Virus record (IMG/VR): IMGVR_UViG_3300031565_000325
Location: 1 to 25,495 of that record
Origin: a virus
Lineage: Duplodnaviria > Caudoviricetes
Direction: 5' to 3' (one strand)
DNA length: 25,495 nucleotides
The position numbers and the translations under genes are program-made. Shown one piece after another: positions 1 to 8,160 of this stretch; the stretch's first letter is position 1; the number at the start of each line of letters is the position of its first letter. The notes beneath the pieces were generated by a model, which was given only the letters and a program-made list of their open reading frames with translations, was not told the DNA's origin and ran no database searches.

Positions 1-1
1 T

Positions 2-172
2 TACATCATGAACGAAGAAGAATGGAAAGAACTGGAAAGCGAAGTCAAGCGACAAATACTTGAAGAACCGTTCGAATTCGACGCGCATGAATTTATTTCA
101 AGCGAAGACCAGTGGAAATGGCACTCTTGGGAACAACAACAAATACAACAAGCAAATGAAGACAAATTCTAA
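2..172 (+). CDS. 5'-truncated hypothetical acidic protein (...YIMNEEEWKELESEVKRQILEEPF...EDKF*)
   Basis: Open frame from the window edge to TAA 170-172 with GAA/CAA-rich genome-typical codons; not in the ORF track. Confidence 0.65.
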   Translation, partial: YIMNEEEWKELESEVKRQILEEPFEFDAHEFISSEDQWKWHSWEQQQIQQANEDKF

Positions 173-308
173 ACCAAAACAACAAATGACATTGCCGACA
201 ATGGTTCGGTGGTGGACGCGTCAAAGCTTCACGAACGACAAAGGTGGTTCGTTTGACGTCCAGCTATATTTGAAAATATGTGAAATTAAACTTTTGAGAA
301 ATGTATAA
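156..308 (+). CDS. Hypothetical protein, 50 aa (MKTNSKPKQQMTLPTMVRWW...)
   Basis: 3' part of track ORF 60..308; ATG 156 overlaps the end of the previous gene. Confidence 0.55.
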   Translation: MKTNSKPKQQMTLPTMVRWWTRQSFTNDKGGSFDVQLYLKICEIKLLRNV

Positions 309-444
309 ACTACTTTATTTTTATGAATCACGGCTTGCCGAATCTTATGAATTCCCAACGAAAGCGCTTTGTCACTGGAAAATAAACGAATTCAAAAAAC
401 TGGGAACACACATTTACGGTCACTTTGTAATTGAAAAAATATGA
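301..444 (+). CDS. Hypothetical protein, 47 aa (MYKLLYFYESRLAESYEFPTKALCHWKINEF...)
   Basis: Read manually: ATG 301 to TGA 442-444, ATGA-coupled to the MTase start at 441; fills the gap. Confidence 0.7.
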   Translation: MYKLLYFYESRLAESYEFPTKALCHWKINEFKKLGTHIYGHFVIEKI

Positions 445-1502
445 AAACAATTAAAGTAGGTAGCGACTTTTCAGGCGTCGGCGCTTTCAATCAAGCGCTT
501 CGAAGATTAGGTGTTGAATATCACGAAATCTTTGCTTGTGACATGGACAAGTTCGCACGCGAAACATTCATTCACAACTACGGTGAACCTGACTACTATC
601 CGACGAATGTTTATCAACGTGAAATTCCGTCGGAATCGCTTGACATCTATGTAAGTTCACCGCCATGTCAAGCGTTTTCATTGGCTGGAAAGCGACTTGG
701 AAAAGATGACAAACGTGGAATTTTATTCTTTAATTCTTACGAGTTTATTCAAGTAAACAAACCACGTTTTTTTATATTTGAGAATGTCAAAGGATTGCTT
801 TCCGACGACAATGGAAACACGTTCAACGAATGGTTGAATTTACTTGGTGGCAAATCGGTCAACGGTGTTCCCGTTTTATTTCCACACGAAGAATCCGTTC
901 CTTATCATTTGTATTGGAAAGTATTGAATGCAAAGAATCACGGCGTTCCGCAAAACCGGGAACGTGTTTTCTTGATTGGAATCCGTGACGATCAAGACAA
1001 TCATTTTCGATTCCCGGTCGAAGAACATTTGACCAAGCGATTGAAAGACGTACTTGAAGAAGATATTCAAGACAAGTATTTCTTGAGTGAAAAAATGATT
1101 TCTGGATTTATGGTTCACAATGAAAATCACAATGCGAAAGGGACTGGATTTATTTTTCAACCTAAAAATCAAAATGAAATTGCTAACTGTTTAAGGGCAA
1201 ACGCATCTTTATGTGCAACAGACAATACTTTGTTAATTCTCAAATGTAAATATACATTTCACAGCTGTATGAATTATGGAAATATGTGTAAAGATTGTGA
1301 TGAAGGTGACAATTATAAATTTTTGCAAAATGAAAATGAAAAATCAATTTACCGTCGATTGACACCGCGTGAATGTTTTCGTCTTATGGACTTTCCCGAA
1401 TCATTCACATGGACGGTGTCGGATTCACAAGCTTACAAACAAGCTGGCAATTCAATCGTTGTCAATGTCCTTTACAAATTACTTAAAAATTTACCATTAT
1501 GA
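441..1502 (+). CDS. C5 cytosine DNA methyltransferase (orphan)
   Basis: Motifs I FSGVG, IV SPPCQAFS, VI ENVKG, VIII QNRERVF, IX RRLTPREC, X QAGNS. Confidence 0.95.
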   Translation: MKTIKVGSDFSGVGAFNQALRRLGVEYHEIFACDMDKFARETFIHNYGEPDYYPTNVYQREIPSESLDIYVSSPPCQAFSLAGKRLGKDDKRGILFFNSYEFIQVNKPRFFIFENVKGLLSDDNGNTFNEWLNLLGGKSVNGVPVLFPHEESVPYHLYWKVLNAKNHGVPQNRERVFLIGIRDDQDNHFRFPVEEHLTKRLKDVLEEDIQDKYFLSEKMISGFMVHNENHNAKGTGFIFQPKNQNEIANCLRANASLCATDNTLLILKCKYTFHSCMNYGNMCKDCDEGDNYKFLQNENEKSIYRRLTPRECFRLMDFPESFTWTVSDSQAYKQAGNSIVVNVLYKLLKNLPL

Positions 1503-1909
1503 ACGAAGACATCAAAGAAATCATTGCCGAATTCAAACTGGACAAACCGAATCGCAAGCGCGAAATTGTTTACAAACGATACTATCTTATGAACATCCTT
1601 CATTGTCGTTCGCGTCTTTGCTTGCGTGAAATCGGTGAAATGTTTAACCGGGATCATTCAAGCGTGATTCATGGATTGAAAGAACACAAACGGTGGTGGT
1701 CGCAACTCGACGAAGAATACCTTCGCGCCATTCATCCATTGCCTGAACTGGTGACGGACGACGGTCGGATTCCGAAGAATCAATTCTTTGAGTGTGAAAC
1801 GACTGAAGATTCAATCACGATTCACGGAAAGTTCACCAAACAAGTTTTGAAAGAATTTGAAAAACCATTGACAAAGACCGACATTTCACTTATCTTCGCA
1901 CATTCATAA
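1499..1909 (+). CDS. DnaA C-terminal (domain IV)-like HTH DNA-binding protein
   Basis: REIVYKR...LREIGEMFNRDHSSVIHGLK resembles the DnaA_C signature L..IG..F..RDHTTV.H. Confidence 0.75.
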   Translation: MNEDIKEIIAEFKLDKPNRKREIVYKRYYLMNILHCRSRLCLREIGEMFNRDHSSVIHGLKEHKRWWSQLDEEYLRAIHPLPELVTDDGRIPKNQFFECETTEDSITIHGKFTKQVLKEFEKPLTKTDISLIFAHS

Positions 1910-1931
1910 CAAAGTTTTGTTTAATTGGTTG

Positions 1932-1958
1932 AAAGCGCTGGGAAACTGGCGCTTTTTT
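1932..1958 (+). terminator. Rho-independent terminator
   Basis: AAAGCGCTGG-GAAA-CTGGCGCTTT stem (2 G-U pairs) with GNRA loop, ending in a T6 run. Confidence 0.85.
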
Positions 1959-2135
1959 GCGTTACAGCGCGACAAAGTTACAATTCTCTTATATACCCTG
2001 CCAGAAAAAAAAGCGGTATTTTTTAGGGGGGGGGGTAAAAACTTTTGTAATTTTGTCGCGCTTTGTGTCAAACGTAGTGTGGTGTTGACTTATAGGCGTT
2101 ACAAAACGCGTTACAAAAAATTATTTTTGTCGCGG
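1959..2135. repeat. Non-coding origin-like region with inverted and direct repeats
   Basis: AGCGCGACAAAGTTACAA (1966-1983) vs TTGTAATTTTGTCGCGCT (2045-2062), 17/18 inverted; tandem GCGTTACAAAA (2096, 2108); TTTTGTCGCG again near 2125; A8 (2005-2012) and G10 (2026-2035) between the arms. Confidence 0.6.
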
Positions 2136-2139
2136 TGTG

Positions 2140-2168
2140 TTGATATATGAAAATTTTATTTAGTTTTG
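2140..2168 (+). promoter_or_regulatory. Bacteroidota sigmaA-type promoter
   Basis: TTG (2140-2142)-18 nt-TAGTTTTG (2161-2168) matches TTG/TAnnTTTG. Confidence 0.65.
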
Positions 2169-2172
2169 TGAC

Positions 2173-2235
2173 ATGGCGCAAACAACAAAGAACTTATTTA
2201 GAAGAATCGACCGAGTAAACACGCGCCATTGTTGA
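2173..2235 (+). CDS. Putative 20-aa leader peptide MAQTTKNLFRRIDRVNTRHC
   Basis: ATG 4 nt after the -7 box; stop lies inside the loop of the leader terminator. Confidence 0.35.
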   Translation: MAQTTKNLFRRIDRVNTRHC

Positions 2236-2253
2236 AAGGTCGGTTCTTTTTTT
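2200..2253 (+). terminator. Leader terminator/attenuator upstream of the primase
   Basis: AAGAATCGACC (2202-2212) pairs with GGTCGGTTCTT (2238-2248); 25-nt loop; T run to 2253. Confidence 0.6.
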
Positions 2254-2265
2254 ATTGATATTAAC

Positions 2266-4653
2266 ATGATTCCAAACATTTCGGTATTCAGGTCGCTGTT
2301 TAACGCAAAAGAAACACCGTTCACAATGAACGTGGTCGAAGTTTACAATCGAATCAAGAATGGTTATCCTGAACTTGTTTCCAAAATCAACCGACTTCGT
2401 GAAATGGACGAATCAACCGAAGCTTATCGGTCATTGAAGAATTCATTGCTGGCGATTATGTTCAACGGAACATTTAACCAGCGAACGGACAACGGACTTG
2501 TTGAACATTCTGGACTTTGTATTCTTGACTTCGACGACTATCCTGACGAAGCAACGATGAAGCACGATAAAACTTGCTTCAAATTACTTCCATTTGTCTT
2601 CATGGTCTTCACTTCGCCTTCGAATAAAGGACTGAAGGTTGTGGTGAAGATTCCGAAATCAACCAAAGAAGAACACAAACGACGCTTCAAAGCGCTTGAA
2701 GCTGAATTTAATTCCGATTACTTCGACACGTCCAGTCAAAACGTTTCAAGGGTGTGTTTCGAATCATACGATCCAGACGCTTACATGAACGAATTTTGTG
2801 ACGAATTTACAACCATTGACGAAGAACGTGGACACATTTTCCTTGAACGTCCACCAGTGTGTCGATTAGTGGACGAATCAAAAATAATTGAACGAATCAT
2901 GAAGTTCGATTTCGGTGGTGAATTCAATTCAGGGAATCGAAACAACTATATTTTCAAGCTTTCCGCTTGTTTATGTGAATACGGAATCACACGGGACGTT
3001 GCCGAATATCACTTGGAACAATTCGTGTCCAGCGACTTCACCAAAGCGGAACTTGCGAACACGATTAAAAGCGCTTATCGGACCGCTGAATTCAAAGTGA
3101 AGTATTTCGAAGACAACGAAAAACTAACGAAGGCGAAGATAAAAATACGTCAAGGGATTGCGACCAAGGACATCACCGAAGCGCTTGGACTGGATGAAGA
3201 ACAAATCGAGGAAATCAAATCCGACGTTGAAAACAATCAAGACGTTTTCTGGACAATCACACAACTGAAGACCGGGGAAAAGATTTCAATCGAACCGAAT
3301 AATTACAGCGCTTTTCTATCAAAGCACGGATTCGGGAAATACTATCCAGAACGCGCCTTGTCACCGACCTTTGTTGTGGTGAATGAAAACAAGGTTCGAT
3401 TGTCATCCGTTGAACAAATCAAGGATTTCGTTTTGAAATACCTTGAAAAGCGCGGTGAAATATCGGTGTGGAATTATTGTTCACGTTCGACGTATCTATT
3501 TAGCGAAAATTTCCTGAACATGATTGATTCAATCGATGTCAAAATGCTTCAAGACAACAAGACCGAATCTTTCATTCCATTCAAGAACGGCGTGGTGACA
3601 ATCACGAAGAAGGACGTCACGTTGAAAAGTTATATCGATGTCAATGGCTACATTTGGGAAAATCAAATTTTGAACCGGGACTTCGTTCAAGTCAACGACC
3701 ACAAGAATGACTTTCAAGATTTCATTTTCAAGGTATCGAATCAAGACCAGACACGAAGTGTTGCACTTGAAACAACACTTGGGTATTTAATGCACACTTA
3801 CAAAGATAAGACCGAACAAAAGGCAATCATTTTTAACGACCAAGAAATCGACGACAACGCCAACGGTGGTTCGGGAAAATCGTTGATGTTGACGGCAATT
3901 AATTACTTCAGGAATCTTGTCACCGTTGACGGAAAACAATTCAATTCAATGAAGAACGACTTCGTTTATCAACGTGTGAATCTGGACACGCAAATTCTTG
4001 CGTTCGACGACGTCAAGAAAAACTTCGACTTTGAGCAACTTTTCAGCGTGGTGTCACAAGGAATCACGGTCAACCGAAAAAACAAAGACGAAATTTATAT
4101 ACCATTCGAAAGGTCACCGAAGATTGTCATCACGACGAACTATGTCATCGCTGGCGCTGGATCAAGTCACGATCGACGAAGACACGAACTTGAATTTTAC
4201 CAGTATTTCAACGCGCAACATTCGCCATTGAAGGAATACGGTCGACTTTTGTTTGATTCGTGGTCACAAGATGACTGGTCAAAATTTGACAACTACATGA
4301 TTTCCAACGTACAAAAATACCTGAACGAAGGATTGACCGCGACCACATCAATCAACGCCGACACGAAGCGGTTCATTCAATCCACTTGCAAGGACTTCTT
4401 CGAATTCGTGCGTGAAGGGAATCTTGAACTTGACATTTATCACTACAATCAAGCGAAGCTTCAGGAATTCCAAACCGAAACAAATTCATTCAAGGACTTG
4501 TCAACGCAAAAGTTCAAAAAGTGGGTGAAGGAATACGCGAATCACAAGGGGTACAAATACACCGAAGGACACAACCATTCAGGTCGTTATTTTATCTTGA
4601 CTGAAGGTTCACCAGCGAACGACATTACACCGAAAAACGATTGTCCATTTTAA
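2266..4653 (+). CDS. Primase-helicase: BT4734/VirE N-terminal primase-like domain, PriCT-1, SF3 (D5-like) helicase
   Basis: HSGLCILDFD and FTSPSNKGLK; GNRNNYIFKLSAC; Walker A GGSGKS, Walker B ILAFDD, motif C ITTN. Confidence 0.85.
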   Translation: MIPNISVFRSLFNAKETPFTMNVVEVYNRIKNGYPELVSKINRLREMDESTEAYRSLKNSLLAIMFNGTFNQRTDNGLVEHSGLCILDFDDYPDEATMKHDKTCFKLLPFVFMVFTSPSNKGLKVVVKIPKSTKEEHKRRFKALEAEFNSDYFDTSSQNVSRVCFESYDPDAYMNEFCDEFTTIDEERGHIFLERPPVCRLVDESKIIERIMKFDFGGEFNSGNRNNYIFKLSACLCEYGITRDVAEYHLEQFVSSDFTKAELANTIKSAYRTAEFKVKYFEDNEKLTKAKIKIRQGIATKDITEALGLDEEQIEEIKSDVENNQDVFWTITQLKTGEKISIEPNNYSAFLSKHGFGKYYPERALSPTFVVVNENKVRLSSVEQIKDFVLKYLEKRGEISVWNYCSRSTYLFSENFLNMIDSIDVKMLQDNKTESFIPFKNGVVTITKKDVTLKSYIDVNGYIWENQILNRDFVQVNDHKNDFQDFIFKVSNQDQTRSVALETTLGYLMHTYKDKTEQKAIIFNDQEIDDNANGGSGKSLMLTAINYFRNLVTVDGKQFNSMKNDFVYQRVNLDTQILAFDDVKKNFDFEQLFSVVSQGITVNRKNKDEIYIPFERSPKIVITTNYVIAGAGSSHDRRRHELEFYQYFNAQHSPLKEYGRLLFDSWSQDDWSKFDNYMISNVQKYLNEGLTATTSINADTKRFIQSTCKDFFEFVREGNLELDIYHYNQAKLQEFQTETNSFKDLSTQKFKKWVKEYANHKGYKYTEGHNHSGRYFILTEGSPANDITPKNDCPF

Positions 4654-4664
4654 TTTTATAGCTT

Positions 4665-4811
4665 ATGAATTACTTACTTATTTTAGCGCTTATCTTAACG
4701 ATTGTCATCTGGACGGTCGCAATTTACTTATTCGGTTGGTGGGGTGCGATTGCGTGTCTTGTCATCGGAATTGCTGGAACATTGTGGATTGAAATCAAAG
4801 GATTGCCATGA
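4665..4811 (+). CDS. Small two-TM membrane protein, 48 aa (MNYLLILALILTIVIWTVAIYLFGWWGAIACLVIGIAGTLWIEIKGLP)
   Basis: Read manually; ATGA-coupled to 4808; almost wholly hydrophobic; not in the ORF track. Confidence 0.75.
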   Translation: MNYLLILALILTIVIWTVAIYLFGWWGAIACLVIGIAGTLWIEIKGLP

Positions 4812-5260
4812 AGAAAGAAAACAAAGAACGTCTTGACGCCTTGAAGCTGGCGAATGACATCGAAAGACATCCTTCATTCCCGAAGGACTACTTTATAAAA
4901 AAAAAATGGGACGACAAGACCGCCAACGGATTGACCAAGGCAATCACATCGTTCATTCAGTACAACGGCTACCAAGCGGAACGAATCAACACAATGGGCG
5001 TCGCAAGGGAAAACAAACGAACCGACGGTAAAGTCATCGGTGTGACATGGACTAAGGGAACAAGCACGGCTGGTTCAGCTGACATTTCAGCGACTATTCG
5101 TGGACGTTCGGTGAAGATTGAAGTGAAGGTCGGGAAAGACCGTCAAAGCGACGCACAAAAGCGCTACCAAGAATCAATCGAACGCGCTGGTGGTGTGTAC
5201 TTAATTGCGCGTGACTTCGATTCGTTTGTGGAATGGTTCGACAAATACGTTCAGGAATGA
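4808..5260 (+). CDS. VRR-NUC-like PD-(D/E)xK nuclease (possible junction resolvase)
   Basis: GSADI...IEVKVGKDRQSDAQ...IERAGGVY pattern typical of VRR-NUC. Confidence 0.75.
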   Translation: MKKENKERLDALKLANDIERHPSFPKDYFIKKKWDDKTANGLTKAITSFIQYNGYQAERINTMGVARENKRTDGKVIGVTWTKGTSTAGSADISATIRGRSVKIEVKVGKDRQSDAQKRYQESIERAGGVYLIARDFDSFVEWFDKYVQE

Positions 5261-5736
5261 TTGAAATCGAAATAACACAAAGTCAAATACTTCGCGCCGA
5301 AATGCTTTACAAGTTCAAAGAACTGAACAATTCAATTCGTAAAGGCGAAGGAAATCTAATCGGTGCGCTTGGTGAAATCGTCGTGTTCGATTACTATACG
5401 AATAAATTCCGCGCCGTCGAACATTGTCAACACCACGACTTCGATTTAATGATTGAAGGGTACACGGTTGAAATCAAGACACAAGAAACAAGATTCAAAC
5501 CGATTGATTCATGGACGTGCCATGTTTCGGACTTCAACGCGACACAAGAATGTGACTTTTATTGTTTTCCATTTGTCAACGAATCAATGTCAACGGCTTG
5601 GTTGACTGGAATGATTACACGAACTGGATTCAAGGAACGCGCCGTCTTCAAAAAAGAAGGTGAAATCGGATTCAAGAAACCTTTCAAGTGTGACACATGG
5701 ACAATTCGAATTGATGAATTGACAAAAATTGTTTAA
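5257..5736 (+). CDS. Restriction-endonuclease-fold (PD-(D/E)xK) protein
   Basis: GALGE..V, DFDL, VEIKT motifs; start moved to ATG 5257 (ATGA overlap). Confidence 0.6.
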   Translation: MIEIEITQSQILRAEMLYKFKELNNSIRKGEGNLIGALGEIVVFDYYTNKFRAVEHCQHHDFDLMIEGYTVEIKTQETRFKPIDSWTCHVSDFNATQECDFYCFPFVNESMSTAWLTGMITRTGFKERAVFKKEGEIGFKKPFKCDTWTIRIDELTKIV

Positions 5737-5742
5737 CTTTTG

Positions 5743-5772
5743 TTGCACGAATGAAAATAATTTATATCTTTG
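5743..5772 (+). promoter_or_regulatory. Bacteroidota sigmaA-type promoter for the recombination operon
   Basis: TTG (5743-5745)-19 nt-TATCTTTG (5765-5772): exact consensus and spacing, in an intergenic gap. Confidence 0.8.
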
Positions 5773-5794
5773 ATAAAATTTTAACACTTTATTT

Positions 5795-6334
5795 ATGGCG
5801 ACAACAAGAAAAGTGACTGAAGAAGTCACACAAGAACAACCGAAGGGACTTTATTACAAGCTTCATTCGGCAAAACAACACATCGGAAAGGTAGCGAAGA
5901 ACGCTACGAATCCACATTTTAAGAAAAGTTACGCGGACATCAACGCGTTGCTTGAAACGGTCGAACCGATTCTTTTATCTTATGGGTTGATATTGCTTCA
6001 ACCAGTCAAGTCAAGCACCGTGTTCACAATAATCACGGACATTGATTCAGGTGATTCGGTTGAATCATTCATGGAAATTCCGATGAACATTGTTGATCCA
6101 CAAAAAATGCTTGCGTGCGTGACGTATCTTCGACGCGGAACGCTTCAATCATTGTTGTCGCTTCAGGCAATCGACGACGACGGGAACGAAGCTTCAAAGA
6201 TGACCAGCAAACCGACCATTGACGAAGAACGATTCAAGAACGCTTTGAAAGCAATCGCGGACGGAAAGTTCACGGTTGATAAATTGAAAGCAACTTATTC
6301 GTTGACACCTGAACAAATCAATCAACTCAAATGA
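5795..6334 (+). CDS. erf: Erf-family single-strand annealing protein
   Basis: NPHFKKSYADI, TYLRRGTLQSLL, DDDGN motifs. Confidence 0.85.
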   Translation: MATTRKVTEEVTQEQPKGLYYKLHSAKQHIGKVAKNATNPHFKKSYADINALLETVEPILLSYGLILLQPVKSSTVFTIITDIDSGDSVESFMEIPMNIVDPQKMLACVTYLRRGTLQSLLSLQAIDDDGNEASKMTSKPTIDEERFKNALKAIADGKFTVDKLKATYSLTPEQINQLK

Positions 6335-6534
6335 ACGAAATGACAGCGGAACAACGCGCAAGGTATTTGTTTGAATTGTTTGACTTCATTGAATTCGATT
6401 CGAAGGTGAAGACATTCATGACACGAAAATCATGCGCGTTGATTCTGGTTCAAGAATTAATGAAGGACGTTGATATCAAATCGCGCGACTTCATTTATTG
6501 GTCAAATGTTAAATTTAACTTATTGGAATTATGA
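6331..6534 (+). CDS. Hypothetical protein
   Basis: ATGA-coupled on both sides. Confidence 0.7.
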   Translation: MNEMTAEQRARYLFELFDFIEFDSKVKTFMTRKSCALILVQELMKDVDIKSRDFIYWSNVKFNLLEL

Positions 6535-7151
6535 AATGGCGTGCTTCACAAATCGGTAAATTGATGACAACGTCCCGGTCGAAAACGGACGTGTTGTCAC
6601 AAACGGCGAAAAGCTACATTGAACAACTGGCGAAAGAAGATTTCTTCGGTTACACTTCACCGCTTGTCAATCGTTACCTTGACAAAGGAATCAACCAAGA
6701 ACTTGAATCAATCAATCTTTTGAATTCGGTTCGCTTTGAGAATTACGAAAAGAACGACCAACGGATTGAAAACGAATTTATAACTGGTGAATGTGATATC
6801 CTGACAAACGAATCAATCATTGACATCAAGACAAGCTGGTCACTTGACACTTTCCCTGAACTACCTGAAGACATCGATTCGAATCAGTACGAATGGCAAG
6901 GACGTGCCTACATGATGTTGTTCAACCGCTTCGAATTCGAACTGGTCTTTTGCATGGTGTCAACGTGGGACGAATTCTTGACGCAATACGATGACAAAGC
7001 GCTTCACAAGGTAGACCACATTGATCCGAGAAAAAGAATCACTTCAATCACATTTGAACGCGATCCTGAACTTGAAAATCAAATGATTGAACGTTGCCAG
7101 CTCGCGACCGAATACTATGTCGAGAGAATCCAGAAACTTAATAACAAATAA
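6531..7151 (+). CDS. YqaJ/lambda-exonuclease-like recombination nuclease
   Basis: RASQIG, GECDI, IDIKTSW, YEWQ; adjacent to erf. Confidence 0.8.
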   Translation: MKWRASQIGKLMTTSRSKTDVLSQTAKSYIEQLAKEDFFGYTSPLVNRYLDKGINQELESINLLNSVRFENYEKNDQRIENEFITGECDILTNESIIDIKTSWSLDTFPELPEDIDSNQYEWQGRAYMMLFNRFEFELVFCMVSTWDEFLTQYDDKALHKVDHIDPRKRITSITFERDPELENQMIERCQLATEYYVERIQKLNNK

Positions 7152-7152
7152 C

Positions 7153-7368
7153 ATGAAACAAACCGCTTTAACTTACCTAATCGACAAGCTTGAATTGAAG
7201 GTCATGGCGACACACATTCCGTGGGTTGACAAGGAAATTCAACACGCGCTTGAAATGGAACGCCAACAAATCGCGCAAGCTTATCAACAAGGCGAATGGA
7301 ATCAAGGGTGCAACGGTGACGCTGAAGATTACTTAAAACAAACATTCGAAGATGAAAGCAACTCTTGA
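7153..7368 (+). CDS. Hypothetical phage protein (MKQTA... type)
   Basis: ATG 7153 immediately after the previous stop; MKQTAL...ALEMERQQIAQAY pattern recalled from Bacteroidota phages. Confidence 0.7.
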   Translation: MKQTALTYLIDKLELKVMATHIPWVDKEIQHALEMERQQIAQAYQQGEWNQGCNGDAEDYLKQTFEDESNS

Positions 7369-7573
7369 ATTCAACTTACCTGAAGACGACGCGGAATTTT
7401 ATTGCGCGACGAAAGGAACGGCGATGTTGAACGCCTTGTGGGAAATTCAACAAGAACTTCGCAAGCTTTGGAAATACGAAGAACTGAACGACGAACAATT
7501 CAAAATGGTCGAACGGATTCGCGATTCATTTTATCACATTCTTGAACACAACGACGTTAATCTGGACAAATGA
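7352..7573 (+). CDS. Hypothetical phage protein (MKATLEFNLPED type)
   Basis: Coupled ORF with typical codon use. Confidence 0.75.
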   Translation: MKATLEFNLPEDDAEFYCATKGTAMLNALWEIQQELRKLWKYEELNDEQFKMVERIRDSFYHILEHNDVNLDK

Positions 7574-7818
7574 AATACTTAATTATTTTCACGTCCGCGG
7601 TTATCATGGAAATCGCTTCGACGTTTTACATTCGATTCGTCGCGGACAAGAACACCTTCGGAATGTTGTTCTTCGCTTTCATCGCGCCATTCTTGTCGCT
7701 GGCTTTCGCTGGCTACATGGTTGAAAGCAAACAATGGAATGAACGAATCAAAATGGCTTTTTCGCTGGCGTTCGGTTACGTCGTCGGCGTTTTAATAGTA
7801 ATAACTTTAATACAATAA
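7570..7818 (+). CDS. Small three-TM membrane protein
   Basis: Three hydrophobic segments; ATGA overlap. Confidence 0.75.
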   Translation: MKYLIIFTSAVIMEIASTFYIRFVADKNTFGMLFFAFIAPFLSLAFAGYMVESKQWNERIKMAFSLAFGYVVGVLIVITLIQ

Positions 7819-7821
7819 ACA

Positions 7822-8160
7822 ATGAACAAAGAAAAAGGAACGGTTGTCAACGTGACGCCATTGCAACAAATTTCGGACAAGTTCCGAAAACAAGATTTCA
7901 CAATCAAAACGTTTGATGAAAAATATCCACAATTCTTGACCTTTCAAGTGGTGAATGACAAATGTGACCTTGTCGCGAACCTGAACACCGGGGACGTGGT
8001 CGAAGTCAATTACAACCTTCGTGGTCGTGAATGGACTTCACCTGAAGGTGTGACGAAGTATTTCAACACCGTCGAAGCGTGGTCAATTAATCTTTCAAGT
8101 GAACCAGTACAAACAACACCAGCACCAACGAATGAAAACGATGACGATTTACCTTTCTAA
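7822..8160 (+). CDS. DUF3127-family OB-fold SSB-like protein
   Basis: FRKQDF...YPQF...NLRGREW...YFNTVEAW and acidic DDDLPF tail. Confidence 0.85.
   Translation: MNKEKGTVVNVTPLQQISDKFRKQDFTIKTFDEKYPQFLTFQVVNDKCDLVANLNTGDVVEVNYNLRGREWTSPEGVTKYFNTVEAWSINLSSEPVQTTPAPTNENDDDLPF

Noticed and set aside
60-155. N-terminal part of track ORF 60..308
   Set aside because: TTG start overlapping a better-looking frame (2..172); ATG 156 preferred
1959-2135. Repeats considered as a CRISPR array or IS ends
   Set aside because: No regular repeat-spacer period, no cas or transposase gene, no target duplication
1917-2150. 77-aa track ORF
   Set aside because: Runs through a terminator, homopolymer runs and repeats; TTG start; better explained as non-coding
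3057-3068. CGAACACGATTA resembling late motif copy 4
   Set aside because: Lacks the ACATAnTA box and lies mid-gene; same for the partial match near 9627
4897-4906. A10 run in the VRR-NUC gene as a frameshift site
   Set aside because: The -1 frame closes after about 40 unremarkable codons and the nuclease motifs are in frame 0
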